Below, piece after piece: positions 10,825-27,771 of a stretch of 64,000 bases of DNA. Numbering within the stretch: position 1 is the stretch's first letter; the number at the start of each line of letters is the position of its first letter. Location of the stretch: the NCBI GenBank assembly GCA_963829055.1, contig CAWHHI010000011.1, positions 288,001 through 352,000 on the forward strand. Direction: 5' to 3'. Source of the stretch: an uncultured Gemmatimonadaceae bacterium (GTDB taxonomy: Bacteria > Gemmatimonadota > Gemmatimonadetes > Gemmatimonadales > Gemmatimonadaceae). The translations under genes were made by a program, and so were the position numbers. Under the pieces are notes generated by a model. That model saw only the letters and a program-made list of their open reading frames with translations, searched no databases and was not told the origin of the DNA.

Positions 10825-11727
10825 TCACCGGATGCCGGCCGCGGCGACCATCATTCCGAGCACGTAGAGCGGCACGCCGACCCCGCTGTACCAGAGCGCC
10901 TTGGCGACAGGCGCAGCGTGGAACCGCCACATGAGCGGCAGTTGGGCGGCGATGAGAAGACTCACGGCCGCCGTGGCCCAGACGGCGCCCCAGGATGCGA
11001 GTAGACCAGCCACCACGAGTTGAGCACCGAGCATGATGCCGCAGGCGATGCGCGCCGCGTTGACCGCTCCGTGCTGCGCGGGAAGCGAGCGGACACCCAT
11101 GCGCCGGTCGCCGCGGATGGACTTGAAGTCGTTCAGCGTCATGATGCCATGCGCGCCGAGGCTATACAGGGCAGCGAGGACGACGATCCTGACGCCGGGT
11201 GCAGACCCGCCGAGCGCGACCGACGCTCCGGTGATCCAGGCCAGCCCCTCGTAGGAAACGCCGACGGCGAGGTTGCCCCACCAGCCGTTGCCCTTGAGGC
11301 GAAGCGGCGGGGCGCTGTACGCCCATGCCAGCACGAGGGCGACGAAGGTCGCGATCATGCCCCACGTGCCGAGGAACGACGCGACGACGAGCGATGCCGC
11401 CGACCAGCCTAACGCGAGATGCAGACCGAGTCGTCCCGGGATGCGGCCGGACGGAATCGGGCGACCGGGTTCGTTGATGGCGTCGACTTCGCGGTCGAAC
11501 CAGTCGTTGACGATCTGGCTCGCGGCGCAGACGCAGGGACCGGCGACGATGACGCCGAGCGCCAGCCGCCACGACGCGACGGAACCTGCGTTCGCGGACA
11601 CGACGCCGCAGGCGAACGCCCACATGGGCGGGAACCATGTGATTGGCTTTGCGAGCTCGACGACCGTCCGGATGGAGGGCCCGGGTCGTGCGAAATGTTC
11701 GGATCGATGTACAGTGAAAACTGTCAC
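10825..11727 (-). CDS. bchG: bacteriochlorophyll synthase
   Basis: KPITWFPPMWA, NDWFDREVDAINEPGRPIPSGR, GAHGIMTLNDFKS. Confidence 0.96.
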   Translation of the reverse strand: MTVFTVHRSEHFARPGPSIRTVVELAKPITWFPPMWAFACGVVSANAGSVASWRLALGVIVAGPCVCAASQIVNDWFDREVDAINEPGRPIPSGRIPGRLGLHLALGWSAASLVVASFLGTWGMIATFVALVLAWAYSAPPLRLKGNGWWGNLAVGVSYEGLAWITGASVALGGSAPGVRIVVLAALYSLGAHGIMTLNDFKSIRGDRRMGVRSLPAQHGAVNAARIACGIMLGAQLVVAGLLASWGAVWATAAVSLLIAAQLPLMWRFHAAPVAKALWYSGVGVPLYVLGMMVAAAGIR

Positions 11728-11739
11728 GTTTGATTTACA
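11696..11739. promoter_or_regulatory. tandem PpsR boxes at the bchG start
   Basis: TGTTCGGATCGATGTACA (11696-11713) and TGTCACGTTTGATTTACA (11722-11739), both TGT-N12-ACA, 8 bp apart. Confidence 0.8.
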
Positions 11740-11778
11740 CTAGGGGCGCATAAATGCTCGTGCTCTCATCCGAATCGA

Positions 11779-13209
11779 TCACGCAGTTTCTTCGGCGTCT
11801 CCCGGCGCGAGCAATCGGTGACGGCGCAGCTTCACGTAGAGGCTCTGACGGCTCAAGCCCAACACCTCGGCCGCCGCCGTTCGATTGTCGTGCGTCAGCT
11901 CGAGCGCCGCTTCTATATAGTGGCGCTCGACCAGCTCCACCGTGTCCCGCAGCAGGTCCGGCATCGACACCCGACCGACGAGGCCCGTCAGTTGCTCGAC
12001 GGCGCGGGTCAGATCACGCGCGCCCTGCGGGCCGGCCGCCACGCGTCGCGTGACATTGCGGATGATGAACCCGACCGCTGGCTCACTACCCTCGGACGTC
12101 ATGGCCGCCGAGACCTCGACTTCCGTGGTGCCTCCATGCTCGCCGCGCACGGCCGTCGACATGAGCCGAACGGAGTCGTGCTTCTTGAGCACGGCCAGCA
12201 TCATCGAGAGATCGGCGCCGGGGCGACCGATCCAGTCGCCGATGGAGCGGCCCTTCGCATGTCGCTCGCTCGCGACCTGAGCGATGTCGAGGAATGCGCG
12301 GTTGGCGGAGATGATGTCGCCGTCGAGATCGGTGACGACGAAGCCGTCAGGCAGATGCTCGATCAGATCCGTCGTCGTGTTGGCACCAGGCGCGGACGCA
12401 CTCGCCGCCGCGGCGACGGGAACGAACCTAACGAGAAACAGCGTGGACGCGTCCTGCCGGAAACACGACGCCGTTACGCCTACGGGAGTCGCGTCGCGGC
12501 CGAGTCGCACCGTGACGTCATCAGCGCGGCCGGTTGCCCGTGCGTGTGCGAGCAGATCGACGAGCGCGTGGTTCCCCACCTCATCGGCACCGAACGGGAA
12601 CACCTTCCCTTGCAGCTTGTCAGGCGGCGACTGAAAGAGCTGGCCAGCGGCGCTATTCGCATCGACCACCTTTCGATTTGCGGCATCGACGACGAGCACG
12701 GCTTCCGTCGAGAGCTGGAACAGCAACCGGTATCTTGTCTCCACGTGGCGCAGGCGCCAGTAATCGCGCTCCATCGCCTGCTGCGTTTCGACGAGGCGTT
12801 GCTGAAGCAGCGACATCGCGCGCAGGTCTCGGCCAACGGCGACGAGGCTGCCGTCATTGCCAAGACGGACAGCGGTGTACGCGACGGGAATGTCGGCGCC
12901 ATCGGCCGACAGATGATTGACCTGACGCCGAGTCGAGACGCCCTTCGCGGCGACGTCACGCATGAGGGCCTCGACCTTCGGCCTCGTCTCGCTACTGACA
13001 GTCTCGATCCACGGCACACCGACCCAACGTTCGGCGACCGCCATACCAGCATCGGCGCCACCAACAGCCACGTGACGGATCACGCCGCCGCGATCGACGA
13101 TGAGCGCAATGTCCGCGACTGCCGCCACCAGTGCCGCTGCGGCTTGCCCGTCGAGCTCAGCCAACGACTCGGAGGGGCCGGCGACGATCTCTTTCTTCTT
13201 AGTCGTCAA
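11779..13209 (-). CDS. ppsR: PpsR/CrtJ photosynthesis regulator (PpsR2-like)
   Basis: PAS domains, QQRLVETQQAMERDYWRLRHVETRYRLLF Q-linker, C-terminal HTH NRTAAAEVLGLSRQSLYVKL. Confidence 0.95.
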   Translation of the reverse strand: MTTKKKEIVAGPSESLAELDGQAAAALVAAVADIALIVDRGGVIRHVAVGGADAGMAVAERWVGVPWIETVSSETRPKVEALMRDVAAKGVSTRRQVNHLSADGADIPVAYTAVRLGNDGSLVAVGRDLRAMSLLQQRLVETQQAMERDYWRLRHVETRYRLLFQLSTEAVLVVDAANRKVVDANSAAGQLFQSPPDKLQGKVFPFGADEVGNHALVDLLAHARATGRADDVTVRLGRDATPVGVTASCFRQDASTLFLVRFVPVAAAASASAPGANTTTDLIEHLPDGFVVTDLDGDIISANRAFLDIAQVASERHAKGRSIGDWIGRPGADLSMMLAVLKKHDSVRLMSTAVRGEHGGTTEVEVSAAMTSEGSEPAVGFIIRNVTRRVAAGPQGARDLTRAVEQLTGLVGRVSMPDLLRDTVELVERHYIEAALELTHDNRTAAAEVLGLSRQSLYVKLRRHRLLAPGDAEETA

Positions 13210-14041
13210 CTGCAGCCTCGGCGCCGTGGTGAGAACCGCGCGCGCGCTCGATCAATCGGCACGCATGCTCGGGGGCTGACCGCGCATCAGCGGCGCACGC
13301 ATCCGCGCCGATACGACCGACCAGCTCCGGTCTGTCATTGAATACTCGACCTCCAACGATGATCGCGACCTTCGAGTTTCTGGAGCACGCGCGCACCTTC
13401 CGAATCTCGCGCTGGAGATGCGCCAGCCGACTGTCACACGTCACCGAAAACCCGACGACATTGAACCACTCGTCGCGCAGCAGGTTCAGCAGATCCGCCT
13501 CTGCGACGGGCGGACCAACGCTCACGCCCCACCCCGCGCGAATCATGAACTCCGCTACCATGAATAAACCCAATGTATGCTGCTCGCCGGGGATGCACGA
13601 GAGCAGCACACGGCCGATAGGATCACCGGTCGCTGGAGCGGGCGCGATGAAGACACGACTCATTTGCCGCAACACGCGCTGCAAACGTCCAAGCGCAACT
13701 GTGACCTCGACGAAATCGCACGTGTCCGCACTCCACAGTTCACCCAACGCATTCGCAGTGGGTGCGAGCAGATCCAGATAGATCGCTTCCGTCGGCACAC
13801 CGCGGTCCGTCAGCGCCGCGGCGAACCTGATCGCCTCGTCCTCGGAATCTCCGAGCACGTGACTCAGAAATGTCTCGAGGTCGGCGCGACTCACCGCCGA
13901 TGCCTGACTTCCGCTCGGCGTCAGCGCCAACGGCGCGGCGACGTCGGCGCGGAGGAGCCTGGGCATCAGCTCGCGCTCGATCATACGGCTCATCTCGGAG
14001 TTCGGGAGGAAGACCTGTGGGTCGACCTGCGATCTACGCAT
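13199..14041 (-). CDS. aerR: AerR/PpaA cobalamin-binding antirepressor
   Basis: IYLDLLAPTANALGELWSADTCDFVEVT, PGEQHTLG; immediately upstream of ppsR; start uncertain. Confidence 0.9.
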   Translation of the reverse strand: MRRSQVDPQVFLPNSEMSRMIERELMPRLLRADVAAPLALTPSGSQASAVSRADLETFLSHVLGDSEDEAIRFAAALTDRGVPTEAIYLDLLAPTANALGELWSADTCDFVEVTVALGRLQRVLRQMSRVFIAPAPATGDPIGRVLLSCIPGEQHTLGLFMVAEFMIRAGWGVSVGPPVAEADLLNLLRDEWFNVVGFSVTCDSRLAHLQREIRKVRACSRNSKVAIIVGGRVFNDRPELVGRIGADACAADARSAPEHACRLIERARGSHHGAEAAVDD

Positions 14042-14158
14042 GACATTCCGCCAAGCACACCTCCGTGAGCCACCGACGGGCGACACCGGATGCTCACACT
14101 CCCACGACCAACGAGGCTCGCACGAGCGCAGGAGCATAGTGCAAACAGTCGGGCATGT

Positions 14159-14192
14159 TGTCAAGCATGATTTACGTCAACATATATTGACA
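14159..14192. promoter_or_regulatory. imperfect PpsR boxes in the divergent aerR/bchF promoter
   Basis: TGTCAAGCATGATTTACG and CGTCAACATATATTGACA, each with one mismatch to TGT-N12-ACA. Confidence 0.65.
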
Positions 14193-14262
14193 CTTCTCAG
14201 CCGGCTTCGTATCCTAGGCCGTCCGAATCGCCCGACCTTCCACTCGCTCCCGGGAGTCGCGG

Positions 14263-16032
<1,770 letters not shown>

Positions 16033-16033
16033 C

Positions 16034-17547
16034 GTGCAACTCACCGTGTGGACGTACGAAGGGCCTCCGCACGTCGGCGCCATGCGGGTAGCGACGGCCA
16101 TGCGCGGCGTACACTACGTCCTCCATGCTCCGCAGGGCGACACGTACGCGGACCTGCTGTTCACAATGATCGAACGGCGTGACGAGCGACCGCCGGTCAC
16201 CTACACGACGTTCCAGGCGCGCGATCTCGGTGGCGACACCGCCGAACTGTTCAAGCGAGCCGTCGCCGACGCGTACGAGCGATTCGCGCCGGACGCGATG
16301 CTGGTGGGCGCGTCGTGTACCGCCGAGCTCATTCAGGACGACCCCGGCGGACTCGCCCGCGCGCTCGGCCTAACGATTCCGGTGGTGCCGCTGGAGCTTC
16401 CGGCGTACTCGAAGAAGGAGAACTGGGGAGCGAGCGAGACGTTCTATCACCTGGTGCGCGCGCTGGCGGATCAATCGCGGCGTCCGCTCGCGCGCGACGC
16501 GGCACGGCGGCCGAGATGCAATCTGCTCGGCGCCACGGCGCTCGGGTTCCGTCACCGCGACGACGTGATCGAGGTGGAGAAGCTGCTTGCCTCGATCGGC
16601 ATTGACGTTCACGTCCGCGCTCCCTCTGGCGCGACCGTGGCGGACATTGCCCGATTGGGTGAGGCCGACTTCAACGTCGTCCTCTATCCCGAAGTTGCCA
16701 CAACGGCGGCGACGTGGCTGCAGCGCACGTTCGGCCAGCCGATGACGAAGACGGTTCCGATCGGCGTCGCAGCGACGCGCGAGTTTGTCGCCGAGGCGGC
16801 GCAGCTCGCGGGCATCGAGGCGCCGAGCGCGGAGGTCGTGGCGTCGCGGCTGCCGTGGTATTCGCGCAGCGTGGACTCGACGTATCTGACGGCCAAGCGC
16901 GTGTTCGTGTTCGGCGACGCGACGCACGCGATCGCCGCCGCCCGTATCGCGACCGAAGAGCTGGGCTTCACGCTCGTGGGGCTCGGCACGTACAGTCGCG
17001 AGTTCGCGCGCGACGTTCGGGCCGTGGCGGAGCGGCATGGCCTGACGGCGCTCGTGACGGATGACTATCTCGACGTGGAGACGGCCATCACCGAGGCGGC
17101 ACCGGAGCTCGTGCTCGGTACACAGATGGAGCGCCACATCGCGAAGCGCCTCGGGATTCCCTGCGCTGTCATCTCGGCGCCGGTGCACGTCCAGGACTTC
17201 CCTGCGCGTTATGCACCGCAGATGGGAGCCGAGGGCGCGAACGTCATCTTCGATACGTGGGTGCATCCGCTCATGATGGGGCTCGAGGAGCACCTGCTCG
17301 GCATGTTCCGCGAGGACTTCGAGTTCGCTGACGGCAGGACGCCATCGCATGTAGGCGGAGCGCCCATCGAAGTGGCCGTCGCCGTCGGGCCAGCGAGCTG
17401 GTTGCCGGACGCGGAGCGCGAGCTCGGCAAGATCCCGTTCTTCGTTCGTGGGAAGGCACGTCGCAACGTCGAGCGGTTCGCTGCAGACAACGGGCTGCGA
17501 GAGATCTCGGTGGAGACCGTGTACGACGCCAAGGCTCACTTCGGCCG

Positions 17548-17551
<4 letters not shown>
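16034..17551 (+). CDS. bchB: protochlorophyllide reductase subunit B
   Basis: [30 protein letters not shown]-terminal [13 protein letters not shown]. Confidence 0.97.
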
Positions 17552-22251
<4,700 letters not shown>

Positions 22252-22252
<1 letters not shown>

Positions 22253-22998
22253 TGCATCCGTCGACGACCCACGACGGGCGCTACGTCGAACGACGGGAGC
22301 AGCTCAGCGAGTATTTCGGTGCCACCGCCGCGGCGAGTTGGGCCGCGCTCACGTCCGACGCACCGACCAACTTCGTGCGGCGAGCCGTGCGCGCTGGACG
22401 CGAGGAGATGCGCCAGCACATGGTGGCATGGCTGCCCGCGCGGCTCGATGGACTCCGCGTGCTCGACGCGGGGTGCGGCACGGGCGGTCTCTCGATCGAG
22501 GTCGCTCGCCGCGGAGCGACCGTCCTGGGGGTCGACGTGGCGGACGCGATGATCGCAATCGCACGAGACCGGACGCCGGCCGCGGTCGCGGATCGGGTGG
22601 CGTTCGTGACGGGCGACATGCTTGACGGCGCATTCGGCACGTTCGACCACGTCGTGGCCATGGACTCACTCATCCACTATGCGGGTGACGATATGGTCGG
22701 AGCCATCCGAGCGCTGGCCGAGCGGACGCGCGTCTCGCTGTGCTTTACGGTTGCGCCCCGCACACCAGCGCTGGTCGCGCGACACGCGTTGGGTCGCCTG
22801 TTCCCACGGCGGAACCGGTCGCCCGAGATCAACCCGGTACCGACTGAGCGTGTGAAACACGAAATCGGCTCGGCGTTAGGTAACACGTTTCGCGTCAGGC
22901 GGGAGGCGCGCGTCGCAACGGGCTTCTACGTCTCGCAGGGCATCGAGCTCGTGCGCGGGACCCCTGAGCAGCTTCATGACCGGAGGATCGGCGTATGA
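22252..22998 (+). CDS. bchM: Mg-protoporphyrin IX methyltransferase
   Basis: WAALTSDAP..VRAGR, VLDAGCGTG, VAMDSLIHY, GFYVSQ. Confidence 0.95.
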
Positions 22999-23324
22999 TC
23001 GTTGGTCTGGTCGTCGGCTTCGCGGCGATTGCCATCGCCGCAGTCTGGTATCAGTTCGTGCGGCCGCGCGAGGTGCCGTGCGCCATCGATCTCGAGGCGA
23101 CGCAGGAGCACTTCCACGCCCATGTGGCGCTCGAGGGCTTCGAGGTCGATGCGGGCGATGAGGTCCTGGTGCACGGGACGCCATCGCGTATCCCGTTAGG
23201 CGCCCAGATCGCCTTCCGGTCGAACGCGACCGTTCGGCCCGCGAGCCGCCTCAAACGGCGATGGGTGAAGCTCACGGGCGGGACCGAGTTCCACGAGCTG
23301 TATGACGTCGGCTTCGAGGGCTGA
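22995..23324 (+). CDS. conserved small PGC protein upstream of acsF (N-terminal TM helix)
   Basis: [34 protein letters not shown] resembles the hypothetical usually adjoining acsF; ATGA overlap with bchM. Confidence 0.75.
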   Translation: MIVGLVVGFAAIAIAAVWYQFVRPREVPCAIDLEATQEHFHAHVALEGFEVDAGDEVLVHGTPSRIPLGAQIAFRSNATVRPASRLKRRWVKLTGGTEFHELYDVGFEG

Positions 23325-23332
23325 GAGGACAC

Positions 23333-24412
23333 ATGTATACGACGGAGACACAGCTGCCAATCGACGAGTCGCGCGTGAACGAGTCCACGCGCGCGGCAAA
23401 GGAGGACGCGACACTCAGTCCTCGCTTCTATACCACGGACTTCGCCGCCATGGACAAGCTCGATGTCGAGCCGGTGCGCGCGATGTGGGACGAGCTCGTC
23501 GCGGAATTCCGGCGCGATCCGAACAAGGATCACTTCAAGCGTACTGACGAATTCGACGCCGATCTCGACGCCATCCCGCCGGCGCTGCGACGGCAGTTCA
23601 TCGACTTTCTCGTGAGCTCGGTGACGGCGGAGTTCTCAGGCTGCATCCTGTACGCCGAGGTGAAGAAGCGGGTGAAGAATCCGGACGTGCGCGAGCTGTT
23701 CGGCTTCATGAGCCGAGACGAAGGACGCCACGCGGGGTTCATCAATCACACGCTCGCCGACTTCGACGTCGCCGTGGACCTGTCGTTCCTCACGCGGGCG
23801 AAGAAGTACACGTACTTCCAGCCGAAATTCATCTACTACGCCACGTATCTGTCGGAGAAGATCGGCTACGCGCGCTACATCACGATCTACCGGCAGATGG
23901 AGAAGCACCCGGAGTATCGGTTCCATCCGATCTTCAAGTGGTTCGAGCGCTGGTGCCACGACGAGTTCCGGCACGGAGAAGCGTTCGCGATGCTGATGCG
24001 CGCCAACCCCGACATCACGCGCGGACGGAACCGACTCTGGATCCGCTTCTTCCTGCTCGCGGTGTTCGCGACAATGTACGTCCGGGATCACAAGCGCCAC
24101 GAGTTCTTCGAAGCGATGGGCTTCGACGTCGAAGACTATGATCGACGTGTGATTCGCCTGACGAGTGAGATCAGCAAGCAGGCGTTCCCGGTGCAGTTGG
24201 ACGTTGACAACCCGACGTTCTGGACGCGCCTCGCGCGAGTATACGCCAACACCCAACGCATGGAGAAGGCGCGCGAGAAAGGTGGTATAGGCGGTCGGCT
24301 GACGGCGTTCGCTTGCCTCGTCTCGAACGTCGCGACGCTCGCCCAGTTGTATTTCATGCCGGCGAAGCACCACGCGCTGCCTGCCGACGTCCGCATGCAA
24401 CCGGTGTGGTGA
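23333..24412 (+). CDS. acsF: aerobic Mg-protoporphyrin IX monomethyl ester cyclase
   Basis: [44 protein letters not shown] di-iron motifs. Confidence 0.97.
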   Translation: MYTTETQLPIDESRVNESTRAAKEDATLSPRFYTTDFAAMDKLDVEPVRAMWDELVAEFRRDPNKDHFKRTDEFDADLDAIPPALRRQFIDFLVSSVTAEFSGCILYAEVKKRVKNPDVRELFGFMSRDEGRHAGFINHTLADFDVAVDLSFLTRAKKYTYFQPKFIYYATYLSEKIGYARYITIYRQMEKHPEYRFHPIFKWFERWCHDEFRHGEAFAMLMRANPDITRGRNRLWIRFFLLAVFATMYVRDHKRHEFFEAMGFDVEDYDRRVIRLTSEISKQAFPVQLDVDNPTFWTRLARVYANTQRMEKAREKGGIGGRLTAFACLVSNVATLAQLYFMPAKHHALPADVRMQPVW

Positions 24413-24423
24413 GCGGAGGGCCC

Positions 24424-25869
24424 ATGAGTGGATCGAAACGCGTAAGGATCGCTCGTGTGTGGACAAAGCTACCAGCATCGTGGCTTCCATTCGCCGATGC
24501 CGGCACCGTCGAGTTTCCGCTTCGCCGCCTCCTCCGCCTCGGCTGCTTCCAGCTGGCGGTCGGCGTCTCGACCACGCTCCTGACCGGTACGCTCAACCGC
24601 GTCATGATCGTGGAGCTTGGCGTGCCGACCGCGTTGGTGGCCTTGATGGTGTCGGTGCCCTTGCTCGCCGCGCCGCTGCGCGCACTCATCGGCTATCGCT
24701 CCGACACACACCAATCCGTGCTCGGGTGGCGTCGCGTGCCGTTCATCTGGTTCGGCTCTCTACTGCAGTTCGGCGGGCTCGCGATCATGCCGTTCGCGCT
24801 GATCCTGCTCTCCGGCGATACGCGCGGCTCCGTCGCGAGTGCCCGCATCGCCGCCGCTCTCGCGTTCGCGCTGGTCGGCATCGGTATGCATACGACGCAG
24901 ACCGCCGGTCTCGCACTCGCGACGGATCTCGCGCCGGAGCGCGTTAGGCCGCGCGCGGTCGCCCTGCTCTACCTCATGCTGCTCGTCGGTCTCGTCGCGA
25001 GCTCGCTCACGTTCGGCGCGCTCCTGTCGAACTTCTCGCAGATCCGGCTCATCCAGACGATCCAGGGCGCGGCCGTCGTCACGATGGCGCTCAACATGGT
25101 GGCGCTATGGCGTCAGGAGCCACGCCGTCGCTGGTCCGCCGGTGACGCGGCGGAAACCGCACCCGACTTCCGCATGGCTCTGGCAGCACTCCGGCGAGCA
25201 CCCGGTGTCGTTCGGCTGCTCGTGAGCGTCGCACTCGGCACCGCTGCCTTCGGCATGCAGGACATCCTGCTCGAGCCGTACGGTGGGCAGATCCTTCACC
25301 TCTCGGTTGGCGCGACGACGTCGCTCACGGCGACCGCCGCGTTAGGGTCCGTCGCCGCATTCGCGATCGCTGCCCGCATGCTCGAGCGCGGGAGCGATCC
25401 CATTCGGGTTGCAGCGATGGGCGCGCTCGTCGGCGTGGTCGCATTCGCGTCCGTGATCTTTGCGTCGCCACTCGAGTCAGTGATGCTCTTCCGCAGCGGC
25501 ACGTTGCTGATCGGCTTCGGCAACGGCCTGTTCGCGGTGGGGACGCTGACTGCCGTCATGGATATCCGCGACGCGGCGCATCGCGGGCTCGCACTCGGCT
25601 CGTGGGGCGCCGTGCAGGCAACGAGTGCCGGAGTCACGCTCGCCGCCGGCGGATTGATTCGCGACGCGGTCGCATCCGTGGCGTCGACGGGTGCGCTCGG
25701 GCCCGCGATGCAGGCGGCCTCGGTCCCGTACAGCGTCGTCTACCACCTGGAGATCGGACTGCTGTTCGCGACGCTCGTCGCGCTCGGTCCGCTCGTGGCA
25801 CCGAGCCGGCGTCGTGAACGCACTGGTGGAGATCGCCGCGCGTTCGGCCTCGCGGAGATACCAGGGTGA
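24424..25869 (+). CDS. lhaA: LH1 assembly factor, PucC/LhaA MFS-like
   Basis: LPFADA, GTLNRVMIVEL, GWRRVPFIW.G, HTTQTAGLALATD, MQDILLEPYGG. Confidence 0.93.
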   Translation: MSGSKRVRIARVWTKLPASWLPFADAGTVEFPLRRLLRLGCFQLAVGVSTTLLTGTLNRVMIVELGVPTALVALMVSVPLLAAPLRALIGYRSDTHQSVLGWRRVPFIWFGSLLQFGGLAIMPFALILLSGDTRGSVASARIAAALAFALVGIGMHTTQTAGLALATDLAPERVRPRAVALLYLMLLVGLVASSLTFGALLSNFSQIRLIQTIQGAAVVTMALNMVALWRQEPRRRWSAGDAAETAPDFRMALAALRRAPGVVRLLVSVALGTAAFGMQDILLEPYGGQILHLSVGATTSLTATAALGSVAAFAIAARMLERGSDPIRVAAMGALVGVVAFASVIFASPLESVMLFRSGTLLIGFGNGLFAVGTLTAVMDIRDAAHRGLALGSWGAVQATSAGVTLAAGGLIRDAVASVASTGALGPAMQAASVPYSVVYHLEIGLLFATLVALGPLVAPSRRRERTGGDRRAFGLAEIPG

Positions 25870-25950
25870 TGCCAGCCGAAAACAAAGCCGTTCACTCGAT
25901 GCAGTAGTCCACGTCGTTCTTCAGGGTTCTTCACTCGCGCGGGAGAGCAC

Positions 25951-26166
25951 ATGCACATCACCGAACGAATCGACCTCGCTCAGCTGGCGTTGTATGCATT
26001 CTGGATTTTCTTCGCCGGGCTCGTGTACTACCTGCGCCGCGAGGACAAGCGAGAGGGCTACCCGCTCCAGTCCGACACGAGCACGCGACCGGTGAATGGT
26101 TTCCCAATGCCGCCCGCACCCAAGCAGTTCATTCACCAGTCGCATGATGAGGGACGCCGCGGATGA
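25951..26166 (+). CDS. puhA: reaction centre H subunit, transmembrane N-terminal half
   Basis: [42 protein letters not shown]. Confidence 0.9.
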   Translation: MHITERIDLAQLALYAFWIFFAGLVYYLRREDKREGYPLQSDTSTRPVNGFPMPPAPKQFIHQSHDEGRRG

Positions 26167-26654
26167 GCACCTCAGCCCGTGACACCAATCCGATGTTGAG
26201 CGGCATGGGCCCGGCTGCGTACGCCGACCGTGCCGACGTGCCAGACCTCACCGTGGAGGGGCACGCGAAGATCGTCCCCCTGCGCACCGCACCGACGTTC
26301 TTCATCGAACCGCGCGACCCCGACCCGCGCGGCATGAGCGTCGTTGGAACCGACGGCGTGGAGGCCGGCATCGTCACCGATCTCTGGATCGATCGGGCCG
26401 AGCCGCAGCTCCGGTACTTCGAGATCACGCTGAACAACGGCGGCCGTACCGTACTTCTCCCGGCAACCTTCGCGAAGGTCGATGCGCGTAGGGGAACCGT
26501 GAAGGTCGCCTCGATACTGGCGAGCCAGTTCGCGGACGTTCCCGCCATTGCACACGCGGAGCGCATAACGCTGCGCGAGGAGGATCGTGTGATGGCGTAC
26601 TATGCATCCGGCAATCTGTACAGGACGCCGGATCGCCGAGAGCCACTGCTGTGA
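26163..26654 (+). CDS. puhA: reaction centre H subunit, cytoplasmic PRC-barrel half
   Basis: [53 protein letters not shown]; own RBS and ATGA overlap. Confidence 0.92.
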   Translation: MSTSARDTNPMLSGMGPAAYADRADVPDLTVEGHAKIVPLRTAPTFFIEPRDPDPRGMSVVGTDGVEAGIVTDLWIDRAEPQLRYFEITLNNGGRTVLLPATFAKVDARRGTVKVASILASQFADVPAIAHAERITLREEDRVMAYYASGNLYRTPDRREPLL

Positions 26655-27271
26655 GCGCGGCGCTGGTGGAAGTCGAAGAGGAATTCGCGACCTACTCTCG
26701 AGAGGGCGCGGAGATTCCCGGCATCGGGCCGTCGTTGCCCATCGGTGAGAAGCTGCTCTGGGTGGGTGCGCCGCGATCGGAGCGCGTGGCGCGTTTCGCG
26801 TTGCACACGCGCGGGCTGGCGATCTACTTCGCTGTTTTGCTGCTCGGACCGGCGCTCCTGGCATCGCCGGGAGCTCGCCTAGCCGCGATCATCACAGCCG
26901 CGGTGTGGGTGGTCCCACTCGGCATCGCGACGGTGCTGTTCGCGCGTACGTTCGCCACGCTCGTCGCGCGAACGACGGTCTACGCGATCACCGATCGGCG
27001 CGTCGTGATGAAGGTTGGCGTCGCGTTGCCGACAACCATCAACATCCCGCTGCACCTCGTGACGTCGGCCGACATGCAGCCGAGGGGCGATGGTGGCGGT
27101 GACATCGCGCTCTCGCTCGCGGGCGACGCGCGAATCGCTTACCTGCTGCTGTGGCCACACGCTCGTGCGTGGCACGTAGCTCACCCGCAACCGACGCTTC
27201 GGGGCATCGATGACGTCGCCGGTGTCGGTCGCCTGCTCGCGCGTGCGGTCGCCGGCGAGGCAGCATCATGA
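26651..27271 (+). CDS. puhB: photosynthetic complex assembly protein PuhB
   Basis: LPIGEKLLWVGAP, TTVYAITDRRVVMKVGVALP, YLLLWPHARAW. Confidence 0.92.
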   Translation: MSAALVEVEEEFATYSREGAEIPGIGPSLPIGEKLLWVGAPRSERVARFALHTRGLAIYFAVLLLGPALLASPGARLAAIITAAVWVVPLGIATVLFARTFATLVARTTVYAITDRRVVMKVGVALPTTINIPLHLVTSADMQPRGDGGGDIALSLAGDARIAYLLLWPHARAWHVAHPQPTLRGIDDVAGVGRLLARAVAGEAAS

Positions 27272-27741
27272 CCAGCGCACGGATGACTCGCACGTCGTCG
27301 TACGAATCGGCGGGACTGCCGCGTCCCGTCCGCATCGCGGTAGTCGCGGTCGCCGTGTTCGCGGTGATCGGAGCCGGCGTTGCTCGCTGGACTGGCGCTG
27401 GCCACATCACCATTCCCGGCGCCACGCCAACCCTGACGCGGTCGGTTGCGTTCGTCGATCGCGCCGACGGCGGCGTGGCGGCGCTGGATGGCGTCACCGG
27501 CGACTCGGTCGCGACGTTCGCCCCGGGCACCAACGGATTCGTCCGCGGTGCACTGAGGGCGCTCGCTAGACAGAGGCGCCTGAACAGTATTGGTCCCACT
27601 GCGCCGTTCCGCCTCACGCGGTGGAGTGACGGCCGACTGACGCTCGACGATTCGACGACGGGCAGCCACGTGGAGCTCGACGGCTTTGGTCCGACCAACG
27701 TCGCTGCGTTTGCGTCACTGTTGCCACCGGCGTCCCGCTAG
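27268..27741 (+). CDS. puhC: photosynthetic complex assembly protein PuhC
   Basis: F.DRADG.V, GFVRGALRALARQR, DGRLTL.D..TG..VEL..FGPTN..AF. Confidence 0.92.
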   Translation: MTSARMTRTSSYESAGLPRPVRIAVVAVAVFAVIGAGVARWTGAGHITIPGATPTLTRSVAFVDRADGGVAALDGVTGDSVATFAPGTNGFVRGALRALARQRRLNSIGPTAPFRLTRWSDGRLTLDDSTTGSHVELDGFGPTNVAAFASLLPPASR

Positions 27742-27771
27742 GCAGGCTGACGCAACGTTAGGCACTGGTGG

